A stretch of DNA of 64,000 nt from Candidatus Latescibacterota bacterium (lineage in GTDB: Bacteria; Latescibacterota; UBA2968; GCA-2709665), in assembly GCA_965116875.1 (NCBI GenBank), contig OZ220733.1:2432001-2496000 (forward strand). Direction: 5' to 3'. The stretch's first letter is position 1. Each line of letters opens with the position of its first letter. Position numbers and translations under genes: made by a program. The notes below the pieces were generated by a model that ran no database searches, was not told the origin of the DNA, and was given only the letters and a program-made list of their open reading frames with translations. Shown here piece after piece: positions 62,338 through 64,000 of the stretch.

Positions 62338-63831
62338 TCACTTTTCAATTCTTTCGAACAACGCCTCGACCTCCGCCTCCTTCTCCGCGCTGCGCCTGGA
62401 GAGGTAGCCCTCGCCGAAGTAGATGGTCAACGCGACCAGGATTTCCAGACCCGTGTAGATTTCGAATCTGTCGGTAAACTGAATCGCGATGAAATAGGTG
62501 ATGACGCCGCCGATGAACGAGAGAATCGCGCCGCGCGCCGTCGGGCGTTTCCAGATCATGCCGAACATCAGCGGGATCGCGATGGGCGACAGGAGCCCGC
62601 CGAACAGCTTTACCGTCAAACCAAACACTTTGTTCATTCCCTGGCTCTGGGAGATCACGATCGCCGTCACCAGGACCGCGAGCCCGAAAATCGCTGTTAT
62701 GGTCATGCCAGCCCTGAACAGCGCCCGGTCGTCGATATCACGCCTGAAGTTCCGCTGATAGAAGTCCTTGGTGAACACCGCGGCGAGCGCATTGATATCG
62801 CTGTCGATCATGGACATGGTGGCGGCGAACATCGAGCATACCAGCAGCCCGATCAGTCCCGGCGCCAGGGCCGAAAGGATCTTCTGCGTAACCAGGATAT
62901 ACGTCTGGTCCAGATCGAAACCGGCGATCGGCTGGAGTGTGTTCGGATCGAAGTATTCGGGAATCAGCAGCGGCGCCGCCCACGCGGGGACGAAAATGAC
63001 GATGGGATAGAACAAATAGAGTATCGCCGACAAGAGCGCCGCCCTCTGGGCATCCCGTGGCTTTTCAACGGAAACGAATCGCTGCGCCAGTCCCCACGTT
63101 CCCCCGTTGTAGCTGAAGATGATCACAACCACATAGACCAGCCAGAAGCTCGCGCTGATTCCCCCTGCCGCATTGAAAAAGCCCGCGCGCTCCCGCGGCA
63201 GACTGTCCCACATCGCGTTCCAGCCACCCACCATATCCAGCGCGATGAACAGCACGGCCAGACTCATGACGAGTTGGACCACGAATTGCACCAGGTCCGT
63301 CAGTACCGTCGCCCACAACCCGCCGATAAACACGTACGCGATGGTAATCAGGCCCGAAACGACGATCACCGGCAGCACGGCCCATCCGGTAACCACGTGC
63401 ACCACGATCGATATCGCGAACAGCTTGATGCCCAGGTCGATAAACTTGATGAGGATACCGGAAACCGCAATCAGGCCCCGCACGGAATTGCCGTAGCGCG
63501 CTTCCAGGTATTCCACCGGCGTCAGCACTTTCAACCTGGACCATCGCGGCGCCCATACGAGGCATCCGATCACCAGCGCCACGAACACCCCGAGCGAAAA
63601 CAGGGTCCACATGCTGAATCCCGTGACCGCCGCGCGACCGGCGAAACCCACGAAGGCCACCGCGCTGTATCCCGAGACATGGTGCGAGATCGCCGCCATC
63701 CACCAGGGCAATCCGTGCCCCGCCACGAAATACTGTTCGACGTTGGCGGACTTCCGCTTCGCCAGAATCCCAATCCAGGCCATCAATGCCGCGTAGACCG
63801 CGATTACCGCATAATCCGTTTGTGTCAGCAT
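62338..63831 (-). CDS. Sodium:solute symporter family protein
   Basis: YFVAGHGLPWW, EYLEARYG, GGLWATVLTD, QRF and AATMSMIDS motifs. Confidence 0.9.
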   Translation of the reverse strand: MLTQTDYAVIAVYAALMAWIGILAKRKSANVEQYFVAGHGLPWWMAAISHHVSGYSAVAFVGFAGRAAVTGFSMWTLFSLGVFVALVIGCLVWAPRWSRLKVLTPVEYLEARYGNSVRGLIAVSGILIKFIDLGIKLFAISIVVHVVTGWAVLPVIVVSGLITIAYVFIGGLWATVLTDLVQFVVQLVMSLAVLFIALDMVGGWNAMWDSLPRERAGFFNAAGGISASFWLVYVVVIIFSYNGGTWGLAQRFVSVEKPRDAQRAALLSAILYLFYPIVIFVPAWAAPLLIPEYFDPNTLQPIAGFDLDQTYILVTQKILSALAPGLIGLLVCSMFAATMSMIDSDINALAAVFTKDFYQRNFRRDIDDRALFRAGMTITAIFGLAVLVTAIVISQSQGMNKVFGLTVKLFGGLLSPIAIPLMFGMIWKRPTARGAILSFIGGVITYFIAIQFTDRFEIYTGLEILVALTIYFGEGYLSRRSAEKEAEVEALFERIEK

Positions 63832-64000
63832 AGATCCTTCCTTATCAATCTTTGCGCTATCCTGTGAACAACGAAAACATAAGCCGCACCGTTCGCAATG
63901 CACAGCCCCCGAAGAGTCCATTCGGATCGCAGCAGCAGCGGCCGAGGAATCCGTTCCGTTCCTCGAATCGCTCTGCTGTGAACTCGACATGACCCTCGTC

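Noticed and set aside
62233-63867. 544-aa plus-strand ORF
   Set aside because: Antisense shadow of the sodium:solute symporter

Overview
GC-rich bacterial chromosomal segment. Its gene content (heparinase II/III-like lyases, kelch and TPR-like repeat proteins, a DUF6785-type membrane protein, many sugar-acid and peptide catabolic genes) resembles Latescibacterota/Poribacteria-like heterotrophs, but that taxonomy is only an inference. About 50 CDSs can be supported. Housekeeping genes are sppA, pyrB, glyA, cutA, a cold-shock gene, ilvC and monomeric icd, and there are several catabolic/transport operons. Accessory DNA includes a possibly decaying higBA pair, an AT-richer island (type II R-M pair, SAM methyltransferase, frameshifted IS256, secreted hypotheticals) and a three-gene RHH-GNAT-XRE module. 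No rRNA, tRNA or CRISPR array was seen. Most notable: (1) the tripartite RHH/GNAT/XRE toxin-antitoxin-like module with a palindromic operator; (2) a DNA methyltransferase gene bracketed by inverted copies of one MITE, one copy sitting between the M and R genes; (3) divergent pyrB and glyA genes, each with a promoter and a leader terminator (a leader-peptide attenuator for pyrB, a candidate unknown riboswitch for glyA); (4) plant-type ATCase and plant-type KARI; (5) at least five families of small dispersed repeats/MITEs. All family assignments come from motif recognition by eye; no searches were run.
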